IMG/VR virus record: IMGVR_UViG_3300027808_002535
Coordinates: 10,912 to 74,911 of that record
Direction: 5' to 3' (one strand)
Source: a virus
Taxonomy: Duplodnaviria; Caudoviricetes
Length of the DNA: 64,000 nucleotides
A program made the position numbers and the translations under genes. Below, in pieces: positions 9,709 to 19,943 of this stretch; position 1 is the stretch's first letter; every line of letters starts with the position of its first letter. Below the pieces are notes generated by a model. It was not told where the DNA came from, made no database searches, and worked only from the letters and a program-made list of their open reading frames with translations.

Positions 9709-9936
9709 ATGACAACAAAAAAATTAACTCCGGTTAAACCAGAAGCATCAGAACCTGATTCAATTCAAGCGGCAATGTTATTGGAACTGCAAAAGCACAC
9801 AGAATACATGCATCGCATGGATTGGAAACTATGGATGATTATGAATATGTTTCGCACTATTGGCGAAGAAAACGGTTATACATTCAGCGTTGTACATAGA
9901 GATGAAGACGACATAGATCCAAGTCGAGAAAGATAA
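9709..9936 (+). CDS. Hypothetical protein (DWKxW motif)
   Basis: AAGGA RBS; contains MDWKLW. Confidence 0.6.
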   Translation: MTTKKLTPVKPEASEPDSIQAAMLLELQKHTEYMHRMDWKLWMIMNMFRTIGEENGYTFSVVHRDEDDIDPSRER

Positions 9937-9937
9937 T

Positions 9938-10237
9938 ATGACAGATAATCAATCAGAAAAAATTGTATCTCTTCTTGAAAATATAGAAAAACATCTTCAA
10001 GCAATTGATTGGAAATTTTGGGATTTGCATCAACAGTTACAGTTCAATAAAGAGAAAACAAATCCCGACATGGAAAATACTGAAAAACCCATTGAAGAAG
10101 TAATTATCAACGATGAGCTAGAAAGTCTTGCAGAAATAGTCAGTGCTCCAGCTACTGCTACTGCTACTACTCCTGAGCCTGAAAGACCTGTTGTAAAGCA
10201 CACGCTGAAGTATCCAAGCATCGAGGTTCTGAAATGA
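9938..10237 (+). CDS. Hypothetical protein (DWKxW motif)
   Basis: Contains IDWKFW; coupled to the next gene by ATGA overlap. Confidence 0.6.
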   Translation: MTDNQSEKIVSLLENIEKHLQAIDWKFWDLHQQLQFNKEKTNPDMENTEKPIEEVIINDELESLAEIVSAPATATATTPEPERPVVKHTLKYPSIEVLK

Positions 10238-10608
10238 AAAAAATGATCTGGGTTACCTTTCGTAAGGAAGGCATACACAAGTATCCAGCGGCTCTAACTG
10301 ATCCTAACTTGGCTACAGGAGATGAATATGATGTTAGCTTTCTTGGCTATCCTCACAGACACATGTTTCATTTCAAAGTAGCCATTGAAGTGTTTCATGA
10401 TGATCGTGACATTGAATTTATTCAATTCAAACGCTGGTTGGAAAATCTTTATAAAGGTGCTATACTAGCATTAGACTTTAAAAGTTGCGAGATGATCGCA
10501 GAGGATTTATACACACAAATTAATGCTCGCTATCCCGGTAGAGCAGTGACAATAGAAGTAAGTGAGGACGGTGAAAATGGATGCCACATTCAATTTGAAC
10601 AGAAGTAA
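10234..10608 (+). CDS. queD: QueD-like 6-carboxytetrahydropterin synthase (T-fold)
   Basis: Zn-ligand histidines (GIH...HRH), SCEMIA and EVSED; lies near dpdA, folE and queE. Confidence 0.75.
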   Translation: MKKMIWVTFRKEGIHKYPAALTDPNLATGDEYDVSFLGYPHRHMFHFKVAIEVFHDDRDIEFIQFKRWLENLYKGAILALDFKSCEMIAEDLYTQINARYPGRAVTIEVSEDGENGCHIQFEQK

Positions 10609-10618
10609 GGTGAGAACA

Positions 10619-10978
10619 GTGCATAACAACAATAATTCTTATGTAAGTCGTGCAATGATTAATATCAACGATATCAAATATGATTTGTTGAAAATTAGTG
10701 AGATGTACGATGGAGTGTTACAAGATGGTCTTGGACACATGGCCGCAGACATGTTCTGCAAATATCTACAAGACATGTGCGACCAGAGATGGATGCATAG
10801 TTTTGAAATCACAGAAATTGTGTTGAAAGAGCACAGTTATACATACGACATTAATATACAAATTACTAATGATCGTACCCCAAAGAAATTAAAGATCCAT
10901 GTGGGACTTTATAAGAGTGCTTGGACTAGCTTTGCCAGTACAATGAAAAGTACTGACACCGGCTATGTGCCAATTTAA
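10619..10978 (+). CDS. Hypothetical protein
   Basis: ORF between queD and dpdA; start uncertain (GTG 10619 or ATG 10655). Confidence 0.55.
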   Translation: MHNNNNSYVSRAMININDIKYDLLKISEMYDGVLQDGLGHMAADMFCKYLQDMCDQRWMHSFEITEIVLKEHSYTYDINIQITNDRTPKKLKIHVGLYKSAWTSFASTMKSTDTGYVPI

Positions 10979-11019
10979 GTTTAACGACCTAAATAGTGTC
11001 TCCAACCTAGGAGAATTAT

Positions 11020-12558
11020 ATGTTAAGTAAAAAAAGTACAGTAGATTTAAAAACACGCAATAAAGACTATGCAGTCTTTTTGCCGAGTATCAGCGGTTTT
11101 TATCAAACTTTTATCAGCAAGCAACAAAAAGAAGAATTCGTTCCTTTGAATAGAATTCCAAAAGAGTTTGAAAACGGCATTGAGGGTATGAACTTCCTTA
11201 ACAAGGAACAGGCATACTTTTACTACCCCGATGCGCTGTATTCTGCGGGTCATGCACAGTTGGATGTAACAAAGAGTTATGTCGAAGAATCCATGGTTCA
11301 ACAACGTGATAAAACTAATCCTGATAGTTTTATTCTTGGCGATTCTGGCGGATTCCAGATTGGTAAAGGCGTTATCAATTTTGACTGGCAGCACTTCTGG
11401 GAAAAGCAGGGCGATGCAGGTTATGTAGGAGCCGCGGATAAAACTCGTATGGCAATTCTTAACTGGCTAGAGTTCACTGCTGATTATAGCATGGTACTTG
11501 ACTTGCCTACTTGGAGTGCCGCACCTATTAACCAAGCACGTACAGGTCTTAAAGACTTTGGCGATTGTCTACGTGGAACATTGTTTAACAATGATTTCTT
11601 CTTAAAACATCGTCAAGGTAAAACTAAGTTCCTAAACGTTCTTCAAGGTGGTACCAACGAAGACGCTGATACTTGGTATGAAGCTGTAAAGCATTATCCA
11701 TTTGAAGGCTGGGCTATGGGTGGCAATAACATGAAGGACGCAGACTTGATGTTACGACGACTTATTAAACTACGTGATGAAAAGTTATTAGAACCCGGTC
11801 GCGATGTTATTCACTTCTTAGGTACTAGTAAACTTGAACTGGCTTGTTTATTAACTGCTGTACAACGTAACCTGCGTGAACACGTTAATCCTAATATGAA
11901 GATTACGTTTGACTGTGCAAGTCCGTTTCTAGCCACTGCTTATGGACAGGCTTACACACAGCACGTTCATCGTAATAATCGTTTTAGTTACATTATGGAT
12001 AAGGCCATTGATGATAGACGTCTTGCTGGCAGTGATATACCTTGGCCTTGGGGCAGTCCAGTAGGCGAACGCATGACCATGGGCGATGCTTGTTATTACA
12101 AGTCAGGCGACTTAAATAAAAATGGTAAGTTAAGTAGAACATCGTGGGATAGTTTTGCTTACTTCTTAATGATGGGTCATAATGTATATCAGCACATTGA
12201 GTCTGTTCAACGTGCCAATGCGTTAAATGATACTGCTTGTATGTTACATAAACCAGATCCCGGACATTGGCATCCTACTAAAGGTACTAACGGTGAACTT
12301 AGTAATTGGGTTCCACGCAATGTTATCTATATCACAGAGTTGGTTAATCGTGTGTTTACCAGTGAAACACCTTTTACTGAACTTGACAAGGCTGCTAAAT
12401 TACTTGCTGACTTTAACGGCAAGAAGACTCTTAAGACTAGTGCCAGTGCTCATAACATTTTGTTTGCTGCCGAAGACAAAGGCAGTGACAATGATGCGGA
12501 AGGCGCTGAAGATTGGGATGAGGAAGAAGCTGAAAACATTTTAAAAGAAGCACAATGA
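11020..12558 (+). CDS. dpdA: TGT-fold 7-deazaguanine transglycosylase (DpdA-like)
   Basis: TGT motifs DSGGFQ, MVLD, VLQGG, AMGG, HFLG, FDC and terminal HN; no CxCxxC Zn site; clustered with folE, queD and queE. Confidence 0.8.
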   Translation: MLSKKSTVDLKTRNKDYAVFLPSISGFYQTFISKQQKEEFVPLNRIPKEFENGIEGMNFLNKEQAYFYYPDALYSAGHAQLDVTKSYVEESMVQQRDKTNPDSFILGDSGGFQIGKGVINFDWQHFWEKQGDAGYVGAADKTRMAILNWLEFTADYSMVLDLPTWSAAPINQARTGLKDFGDCLRGTLFNNDFFLKHRQGKTKFLNVLQGGTNEDADTWYEAVKHYPFEGWAMGGNNMKDADLMLRRLIKLRDEKLLEPGRDVIHFLGTSKLELACLLTAVQRNLREHVNPNMKITFDCASPFLATAYGQAYTQHVHRNNRFSYIMDKAIDDRRLAGSDIPWPWGSPVGERMTMGDACYYKSGDLNKNGKLSRTSWDSFAYFLMMGHNVYQHIESVQRANALNDTACMLHKPDPGHWHPTKGTNGELSNWVPRNVIYITELVNRVFTSETPFTELDKAAKLLADFNGKKTLKTSASAHNILFAAEDKGSDNDAEGAEDWDEEEAENILKEAQ

Positions 12559-13442
12559 AAAAAGCTCTTATAATTGGCTTAGGTTTCGGCCAGGCTGTTT
12601 ATCTGCCTGTGCTAACTCAACTTGGTTATGAAGTAATTACTGTTGACATGGATACATCTAAAGGCGCTGATTTTTCAGACATTGAAGATGCTATTCGTGT
12701 TCACAGTAAATTTGATACCGTGAACATATGTACTCCAAACTTTACGCATATCAAATTAGCAAGAAAAGTTGCCGCATTAAGTAAAATAGTATTTGTTGAA
12801 AAGCCAGGTGTTGTTAATAGCGAAGCATGGCGATGGCTTTGTGCTGATTATCCCGGGACTCGTTTTATGATGGTTAAGAATAATCAATATCGTGATACTA
12901 TTACACAGTTTAAAACACTTGCAGATCAAAGTCATACTGTTAGGGTTGTTTGGAATAATAAAAATCGTATTCCAAATCCAGGTAGTTGGTTCACTACAAA
13001 GGAACTGGCCTTTGGTGGTGTTAGTCGAGATTTGATACCTCATATGTTAAGTTACTATGTGGCATTAACAGACTACACAAAAGGTAATAAACTATATGGT
13101 AACGCAATACAAAGACATGAACTCAAAGATCTTATTGATACTGATTATGGTAGCGTCAATCATGACGGCACTTACAATGTCGACGACTTCTGTGAATTTG
13201 AATTCAAAAACGGAGATACTACTTGGATATTAACTGCCAATTGGAAAGATGACAAAGCTGATGATGTTTATATTAGTTTTGACATGAAGAATTCTGCGGT
13301 TAGACATAAGTTAGGATTATGTCCAGAATCTGCATATAAGGCTATGATAGAAAACGCTGTTACAAACCTAAATAATGATATGTTCTGGAAAGAGCAATTA
13401 CAACAGGATCTTTGGATTCACAGACAAATAGAAAACTTATGA
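12555..13442 (+). CDS. Gfo/Idh/MocA-family NAD(P) oxidoreductase
   Basis: GLGFG Rossmann loop, ICTPNFTH, VEKP, GGVSRDLIPH. Confidence 0.88.
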   Translation: MKKALIIGLGFGQAVYLPVLTQLGYEVITVDMDTSKGADFSDIEDAIRVHSKFDTVNICTPNFTHIKLARKVAALSKIVFVEKPGVVNSEAWRWLCADYPGTRFMMVKNNQYRDTITQFKTLADQSHTVRVVWNNKNRIPNPGSWFTTKELAFGGVSRDLIPHMLSYYVALTDYTKGNKLYGNAIQRHELKDLIDTDYGSVNHDGTYNVDDFCEFEFKNGDTTWILTANWKDDKADDVYISFDMKNSAVRHKLGLCPESAYKAMIENAVTNLNNDMFWKEQLQQDLWIHRQIENL

Positions 13443-14344
13443 CACGCATACTACAAACAACTGGCACTGGCAATTTTATAGAAACTACTTGGATTAATCC
13501 AAAATGTGATGACAATGAAATTACTGTACAAAGTATTATGACAGGCATATGTCGCAGTGACATCGATATGATGGCGGGCAACTTTGGTCCTTTTCCTATT
13601 AGTATGCAGGGACACGAAGGCTTGGGTCGAGTAATTAAAGTAGGTAAAAACATCGAAGACACGGTCATCGGTGACTATGTTGCTACTAGGGGCGAACCAG
13701 CATATGCAGATAGATATAATGTTCGTAGTCGAGAATATGTAGTTGTTCCAGAAGCACTGCCAAAATATATATTAGAACCAGTTGCCTGCGGAATCAATAT
13801 TATCCAGCAGCCTATTAGAGAAATTGCAGAACGTGCTGGATCAAGTAAACGTTTACTGATACTGGGCAGTGGTTTCCTTGCGTGGGTTGCTTTTAATGTT
13901 ATTCTTATTCATCATTTAGATTTTGAAATTACAGTAGTGGGTAATAGCAATAAAGACTTGTGGGGAGAAGTTTTACATCAAGAATATCAAGGCACATTTG
14001 ATGTGGTCATTGACTTGAGTAGTAGTAAAGATATTTTTGAGAAACCTATTCTAAATAATGAAGCACTAGTAATATTTGGAAGTCAAAAACAAGTTAGCAC
14101 AGACTTCAGCAATCTACTTTGGAAAGCCTGTACTATGATATTTCCTAGTCCAAGAACAGATGGCTTTTATCACTGTATGAAAGATGCGGCTTACTGGATT
14201 GAACAAGGTGATATTATAGTTGACAGTTTCTGGACAAAAGCGTATAATAGAGACACTGAATGGCAACAAGCATTTGCTGACGGCCTCGACCGTCCTGCTG
14301 GTTATAGCAGAGGATACATTTATTGGAATGAAAATGGCAATTGA
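13439..14344 (+). CDS. Zn-dependent medium-chain dehydrogenase (MDR)
   Basis: GICRSD, GHEG, EPVAC and GSGFL; no structural-Zn Cys lobe. Confidence 0.85.
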   Translation: MTRILQTTGTGNFIETTWINPKCDDNEITVQSIMTGICRSDIDMMAGNFGPFPISMQGHEGLGRVIKVGKNIEDTVIGDYVATRGEPAYADRYNVRSREYVVVPEALPKYILEPVACGINIIQQPIREIAERAGSSKRLLILGSGFLAWVAFNVILIHHLDFEITVVGNSNKDLWGEVLHQEYQGTFDVVIDLSSSKDIFEKPILNNEALVIFGSQKQVSTDFSNLLWKACTMIFPSPRTDGFYHCMKDAAYWIEQGDIIVDSFWTKAYNRDTEWQQAFADGLDRPAGYSRGYIYWNENGN

Positions 14345-14843
14345 TACAATGGGCCGTAAGGCCACAACTTATTTTATTGGTACAGAAGTAGAACGTACTG
14401 CAATGTATGGCGAACGTACATTGTTTGTAGTGGGAGTTCAGCCTGTGGATAAAATTGTTAGTCTACTTAATGAACATAGTCTGCGTCATGTTTATCTTGG
14501 TACAAGTCAAAGTTTTACTCCTGCAGACTACGATGACTGGAAAGCATGGGATAAGATGATCATCGAATTGTTAGAGGCAGGTTACTGGGTAACACTTGAC
14601 TTCGGAGTAGAATATGCTGATACATTCAACGAAGAAGGGTGGAGTGAGTATAATACGTTTATTCCGATGATCAGTGTTAAACTTCCGTATATTAAATTAT
14701 ATAACTACAATGCCACGCTAAAGATTGATGATACTACATGGGGTCATAGTAACCCAGGCGTATGGTGTCATAGTCTACATGACTTGATGGATCGTCGAGT
14801 TTACACAGACTGGAAAGATTATGTCGGAGACGAAAATGTCTAA
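14334..14843 (+). CDS. Hypothetical protein within the dpdA operon
   Basis: Overlaps both neighbours; alpha/beta pattern. Confidence 0.65.
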   Translation: MAIDTMGRKATTYFIGTEVERTAMYGERTLFVVGVQPVDKIVSLLNEHSLRHVYLGTSQSFTPADYDDWKAWDKMIIELLEAGYWVTLDFGVEYADTFNEEGWSEYNTFIPMISVKLPYIKLYNYNATLKIDDTTWGHSNPGVWCHSLHDLMDRRVYTDWKDYVGDENV

Positions 14844-15936
14844 AATATTTTTAGTTGATTTAGAAGCAGTTAGCACCCGCTATACTGGACAGTGGAAAGA
14901 TCACGTTCCGCAATTACTTAAAGAGGCAGGACACGATGTTCAAGTTATCTCTGGCCCTACGGATATTCCTGGTGCCACTACTCCTGGTGCTTTCCTTAAT
15001 TTTGGTGGTACCAATATTTATAAGTCTGCACAAGTGGAGCAGATGGGCCGTTTATTTTGTGACGGAGCAGTTCATGCAGGCGATCACTTTATCTTTACTG
15101 ATGCTTGGCATCCAGGTATTATAAATTTAAAATATATGAGTGAGTTGCTGGGCATTCCAGTAGTCACACACGGACTATGGCACGCCGGTAGTTATGATCC
15201 GCAAGACTTTTTAGGACGTTTAGTTGGTAATAAGCCTTGGGTACGTAATGCAGAGAAATCATTCTTTTCAGCGTTTGATCACAATTATTTTGCCACAGAC
15301 TTTCATATAGAAATGTTTAATAGAGAACTATTGAACAACGGGCATACTGTAGAAAATCCATGGTATGAAGAAGAACTAGACGAAATCCTAAGCGGAGAGT
15401 ATTCTAAGTTTGTACGTACAGGTTGGCCCATGGAGTATATGGAAGATACACTCGCTCCATTCAAAGGTATGACCAAACGTGATCTTATTTTGTTTCCACA
15501 TCGTATCGCTCCTGAGAAACAAGTTGAAATCTTTCGTGATTTAAAAACACATTTGCCACAATATGAATTTGTAGTATGTCAAGATAAGCAACTTACTAAA
15601 GATGAATATCACACATTGTTAGGCCAAGCCAAGATGGTATTCAGTGCTAACTTGCAGGAAACATTGGGTATCAGTTGTTATGAAGGTGCAGTAGTAAACG
15701 CAATCCCCATGGTGCCAGATAGACTTAGTTATACAGAAATGTATTACGACACATTTAAGTATCCAAGTGAATGGACTGAGAGTTTCGAATCATATGACAA
15801 ACATCGACCTAATTTATGTTTTGCAATTATGCAACATATGGATCATTATGAACATCGTTTACCGCAACTCCAACAGCAAACAGAAGACCTGACCAAGTAT
15901 TTTTTTAGTGCAGATATTTTGTTAAAAAATTTATAA
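14821..15936 (+). CDS. GT-B (GT4-like) glycosyltransferase
   Basis: HRIAPEKQ and QETLGISCYEG (ExxGxxxxE) motifs. Confidence 0.8.
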   Translation: MSETKMSKIFLVDLEAVSTRYTGQWKDHVPQLLKEAGHDVQVISGPTDIPGATTPGAFLNFGGTNIYKSAQVEQMGRLFCDGAVHAGDHFIFTDAWHPGIINLKYMSELLGIPVVTHGLWHAGSYDPQDFLGRLVGNKPWVRNAEKSFFSAFDHNYFATDFHIEMFNRELLNNGHTVENPWYEEELDEILSGEYSKFVRTGWPMEYMEDTLAPFKGMTKRDLILFPHRIAPEKQVEIFRDLKTHLPQYEFVVCQDKQLTKDEYHTLLGQAKMVFSANLQETLGISCYEGAVVNAIPMVPDRLSYTEMYYDTFKYPSEWTESFESYDKHRPNLCFAIMQHMDHYEHRLPQLQQQTEDLTKYFFSADILLKNL

Positions 15937-16484
15937 TGTTTGTTATTTATTTTTTACTCTGGACATTAGTATTATATTGGATACACCGTGTTGCTCACGT
16001 TTTTCCATATCTAAAAGATATTCATAAAGAACATCATAGATATGTTATAAGGAATAAAGGATCCGGAATAGCATTAAGACATTTATTGTTAATCCATAAA
16101 TCTAAAGATTACACTATAGATTTATGGATTACTGAGGTCGTACCTACTATCCTGTTTTCATTAGTAACAGGACAAGTATGGATATTAATTGTTTATTATA
16201 TTTGGGCGGCACTGTTTCAAACATCAGTAAAATATGATGTAAATTTTGATATTTTTCCTATCACATGGGGAGCCTGGACGTTGCTTCATTATAGACATAA
16301 TTCAAATAATTTCGGAAGCATATTTACTATATGGGATAGACTTTTTAAAACTAATAAAGGTATAAATCAACTGTGATTAAAATACAAAATTATAAGTCGA
16401 GTCCAGGATGTATCAAAATGGTTCTAGATAGACATGACCAAGTATTTCTAGTGCAGATATTTTGTTAAATAATATATAATGTTT
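15890..16484 (+). repeat. About 50 bp imperfect direct repeat (15890-15941 and 16435-16484) marking a tandem duplication
   Basis: TGACCAAGTATTT..TAGTGCAGATATTTTGTTAAA.AAT.TATAATGTTT occurs twice, each including the ATG of a hydroxylase paralogue. Confidence 0.85.
15936..16376 (+). CDS. Fatty acid hydroxylase/sterol desaturase-like membrane protein, degenerate His boxes
   Basis: YWIHRVAH and HKEHH present; last box is TLLHY; NFG...WDRLF. Confidence 0.7.
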   Translation: MFVIYFLLWTLVLYWIHRVAHVFPYLKDIHKEHHRYVIRNKGSGIALRHLLLIHKSKDYTIDLWITEVVPTILFSLVTGQVWILIVYYIWAALFQTSVKYDVNFDIFPITWGAWTLLHYRHNSNNFGSIFTIWDRLFKTNKGINQL

Positions 16485-16916
16485 ATTTTATACTTCTTTT
16501 CATGGACTTTTATGTTATACTGGGTACATCGTATTGCACACAAAGTTACACATGTTAAGAACTGGCACTGGGATCACCACAGCTATATAGTTAGACATGG
16601 AATGCAGGGATGGCATTGGAATAATTTATTTTTATTTAATGATACTTGGACTAGTACATTGGATTTATATGTAACTGAAGTAATACCAACTTTGTTGTTT
16701 AGTTGGTTAACGGGTCAGTGGTGGATTTTTATCTTGTATTATGTATGGGCGGCTGTGCTTCAAGAAAGTCTGGAACATAATAAAAATATAAACTTTTCTT
16801 TATTGACATCAGGCAAATGGCATTTAATACATCATCGACATCCTAATAAAAATTACGGATTATTTTTCCCAATATGGGATATATTATTTAGAACGCATAA
16901 ACATGTGGACCAGTGA
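16479..16916 (+). CDS. Fatty acid hydroxylase/sterol desaturase-like membrane protein
   Basis: YWVHRIAH, HWDHH, LEHN, HLIHH and NYG...WDILF. Confidence 0.8.
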   Translation: MFILYFFSWTFMLYWVHRIAHKVTHVKNWHWDHHSYIVRHGMQGWHWNNLFLFNDTWTSTLDLYVTEVIPTLLFSWLTGQWWIFILYYVWAAVLQESLEHNKNINFSLLTSGKWHLIHHRHPNKNYGLFFPIWDILFRTHKHVDQ

Positions 16917-17808
16917 AAACAATTGGTATACGTGGAGTTATGGCGACACTCTTTGGGGCAGGCAAACCAGCAACTTGAGCTGGTACACTAGTTACAAATG
17001 TGCAAATGTACAACATGTTGGTTCGTTTAAAGAAGAAATGTTGGCGGCTGCTCGCAGTACCATGGATCATTACCCTGGTTTAAAGCCATGTGTGTACTTC
17101 AGCGGAGGCTTGGACAGTGAACTAGTTTTGCGTTCTTACATCAACATAGGCGCAGATCCCATAGTAAATATCTTTAGATTTGAAGATTATATCAACGAGT
17201 ATGATGTGAGCTATGCTATTGTTGTCTGCGAATCATTGGGTATAAAATATAATATCATTGACTTTAATATAGCAAAGTTTTTTGAACAGGATGCAGAATA
17301 TATAAGTGATATATCACAAATAGATAGACCCAGAGGTTTACCACAATTAAAGTTTTTAGATTACACAGAAGGATTTGCTGTACTGGGTATTGGAGATCCA
17401 AGATGGTCGCGTAGCATAAAAGATAATACCCCGTGGATATTGCTGGATCAAGAACACGACACTGGCTGGGACAAGTATATCTTACACAAAAATATACCTG
17501 CTATTGCACAATGGTTTAAATGGACGCCACAATTAGTATTAGCATATACCGAACTACAATGGTTTAAAGATCTTATTATAAACAATAAGTGGCCGGGTAG
17601 AGAAGGTGTAACATCTACAAAAATTATAGGGTATAAAGAAGCGTATCCGAATTTATTGGAACGTACTAAAAAGACTGGCATGGAGCCTATTGATAATTTA
17701 ATAAATGAATTTGAAAAATTTCTAGAAAACAAAAACAATGGTCTAATTTATAGACAAGTAGTACCAAGAACATTAGATGAACTCATGAAAGAAATATTAA
17801 ATGATTAA
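16903..17808 (+). CDS. PP-loop (adenine nucleotide alpha hydrolase-like) ATPase
   Basis: VYFSGGLDSE; lacks the C-terminal Cys Zn site of QueC. Confidence 0.65.
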   Translation: MWTSENNWYTWSYGDTLWGRQTSNLSWYTSYKCANVQHVGSFKEEMLAAARSTMDHYPGLKPCVYFSGGLDSELVLRSYINIGADPIVNIFRFEDYINEYDVSYAIVVCESLGIKYNIIDFNIAKFFEQDAEYISDISQIDRPRGLPQLKFLDYTEGFAVLGIGDPRWSRSIKDNTPWILLDQEHDTGWDKYILHKNIPAIAQWFKWTPQLVLAYTELQWFKDLIINNKWPGREGVTSTKIIGYKEAYPNLLERTKKTGMEPIDNLINEFEKFLENKNNGLIYRQVVPRTLDELMKEILND

Positions 17809-18124
17809 AATACAAAGTAATGGGTCAAATCCAGGTTGGTATCAAATAGATCAAAGTTATCAACTTCCAAATACAACAGGTGCTGTTCAATGGAATGGCA
17901 CTATGAAATGTTTTGAAGTCAGCTGTGGTGGTGGTTGGATGCGTATTGATAATACTGTTCAAATTACCAATACCTACGACATGAACATGATTGCCCAATG
18001 GGCGATGAACAAGATGGCAGAAGAAGAAGAAACTAAGAAACTGCGTAGTAAATACCCAGCACTAGATGAAGCATATAATCACTTAGATTTAATTAAAGAA
18101 TTAGTTACAGAGGAAATAAAATGA
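17801..18124 (+). CDS. Hypothetical protein
   Basis: 107 aa ORF overlapping both neighbours. Confidence 0.6.
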   Translation: MIKIQSNGSNPGWYQIDQSYQLPNTTGAVQWNGTMKCFEVSCGGGWMRIDNTVQITNTYDMNMIAQWAMNKMAEEEETKKLRSKYPALDEAYNHLDLIKELVTEEIK

Positions 18125-19044
18125 GAATTGGTATTATTGGTTACGGATTTGTAGGATCAGCAGTTGCGGCTGCTCATGATAGAAATATGTTGATGATCAA
18201 CGATCCCGCTAAATTTGAGGAATGGCAACAATATACTGTAAAACAAATTAAAGAAAACTGTGGTTGGATTTATGTATGTTTGCCCACAGCACAAAAAGAA
18301 GATGGTGGATGTGACACTAGTATATTAGATGCTATGTTAGAACAACTCAAAGACTACGAAGGTTTTGTTATTAGTAAAAGCACAGCACCTCCTAAATGGT
18401 ACAAAGACATTTTTGATAACTGTGGCATGAATAAAAAATACAAATTTAAATTTATTCACATGCCCGAATTCTTAACTGCTAAAAATGCTATACATGATTA
18501 TATGAATCCAAAAATTATTGTTATTGGCGGCAATCCAATACATACCAGTGTTATTACCACACATGTTATTAACAGTGATATGACGTATAAGAGTAAAGCC
18601 AAAATTGTTAGAACTGATATTGGTAGTGCGGCTGCTATGAAATACTATGCCAACAGTTGGTTAGCTACCAAAGTTGTTTATAACAATCAATTTGCCAAAT
18701 GGTGCGAGTCACAGGGTGTTGTATGGAATGATGTCACAGAAATTCTTGCTCAGGATAATAGATTGGGCGACACTCATTATAATGTACCTGGAGAAAACGG
18801 AGATGTTGGATATGCAGGTGCTTGTTTTCCAAAAGATATCGCTGCCATACTCAAAGTTGCCGATGATAATGGCGTAGATATGAGTTTATTAAAATCTCAA
18901 ATTGAAATCAATGATGCCATGCGTGAAACACAACGAATACAACGAGAAGAAGAAGCTGCCAGAATCAAAGCATTTCCGCAACGTCGTAGAAGAGATGAAC
19001 TTCCTCCATATAATCCAAACGCTAATAACCGTAGAAGACGTTGA
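18121..19044 (+). CDS. ugd: UDP-glucose/GDP-mannose 6-dehydrogenase, C-terminal domain absent
   Basis: GYGFVG, SKST, PEFL, KYYAN and GYAGACFPKD. Confidence 0.85.
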   Translation: MRIGIIGYGFVGSAVAAAHDRNMLMINDPAKFEEWQQYTVKQIKENCGWIYVCLPTAQKEDGGCDTSILDAMLEQLKDYEGFVISKSTAPPKWYKDIFDNCGMNKKYKFKFIHMPEFLTAKNAIHDYMNPKIIVIGGNPIHTSVITTHVINSDMTYKSKAKIVRTDIGSAAAMKYYANSWLATKVVYNNQFAKWCESQGVVWNDVTEILAQDNRLGDTHYNVPGENGDVGYAGACFPKDIAAILKVADDNGVDMSLLKSQIEINDAMRETQRIQREEEAARIKAFPQRRRRDELPPYNPNANNRRRR

Positions 19045-19069
19045 CAAGACCTAAATAATCATGTATAAT
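19041..19069 (+). promoter_or_regulatory. Sigma70 promoter with embedded CTAAATA
   Basis: TTGACA-agaCCTAAATAatcatg-TATAAT. Confidence 0.75.
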
Positions 19070-19088
19070 ACTAACATGGAGACTTTAT

Positions 19089-19943
19089 ATGCAACCTATA
19101 TTTAAAAAAGATGAATTCATTCACGGGACCATTTTAAAATTTAAACAAGACAAAATTGAGGAAGTAACAGACATGACTGATAAAAACGAACTAACAACTC
19201 TGCAAAATATCATTGTTGGTGCAGAACAGCAGGACAACGACAAAGGCTATGAAGAAGCTTACCTTGGAGATCACTTGCGTTTTAAAATGAAACGTGATAA
19301 CAAACGCTTCTGGGCAGGTGATAACATCAGTGAATATTTACATGAAGGTGATGTAGAGAAACTCATCGATGAAGCCGCATTGGCATTTGAAACTGTGTTG
19401 GATCGTTTACTTATTGACCGTGAGAATGATCCTAATAGTAAAGGCACAGCAAGACGACTTGCTAAAATGTATTTTAATGAAATTATGGCAGGTAGATATG
19501 AACCAGCACCAGACGCAACAGCATTTCCAAATGATTCAACAGACCGTTATGAAGGCATGCTCGTGGTTCGCAGTGAACTTCGTAGTATGTGTAGTCATCA
19601 TCACCAACCCGTTACTGGGGTTGCTTATATTGGCATTATTGCGGCAGAGAAACTGATCGGCTTATCAAAGTACACAAGAATAGCACAATGGTGTGCTCGT
19701 CGAGGAACACTACAAGAAGAATTATGTAATGACATTGCTAGGGAAATACAAAAAGCAACTGAATCAGAAAATGTAGCAGTGTACATTCAAGCAGTACATG
19801 GATGTTGCGAAAATAGAGGTATTATGGCACACAGTAGTTTGACGCAGACTACTGTACTTAAAGGATTCTTTAAAGAAGATCCGGGTGCAAAGAAAGAATT
19901 CTTTGATAATATTAAACTACAACAGGAGTTTGCACCAAGATGA
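19089..19943 (+). CDS. folE: GTP cyclohydrolase I
   Basis: SMCSHHHQP, GLSKYTR, LQEEL, HGCCENRG; alternative start at 19173. Confidence 0.93.
   Translation: MQPIFKKDEFIHGTILKFKQDKIEEVTDMTDKNELTTLQNIIVGAEQQDNDKGYEEAYLGDHLRFKMKRDNKRFWAGDNISEYLHEGDVEKLIDEAALAFETVLDRLLIDRENDPNSKGTARRLAKMYFNEIMAGRYEPAPDATAFPNDSTDRYEGMLVVRSELRSMCSHHHQPVTGVAYIGIIAAEKLIGLSKYTRIAQWCARRGTLQEELCNDIAREIQKATESENVAVYIQAVHGCCENRGIMAHSSLTQTTVLKGFFKEDPGAKKEFFDNIKLQQEFAPR

Noticed and set aside
16903-17808. Calling this gene queC
   Set aside because: Only the generic PP-loop matches and the QueC Zn-binding Cys cluster is absent; kept as a hypothesis only
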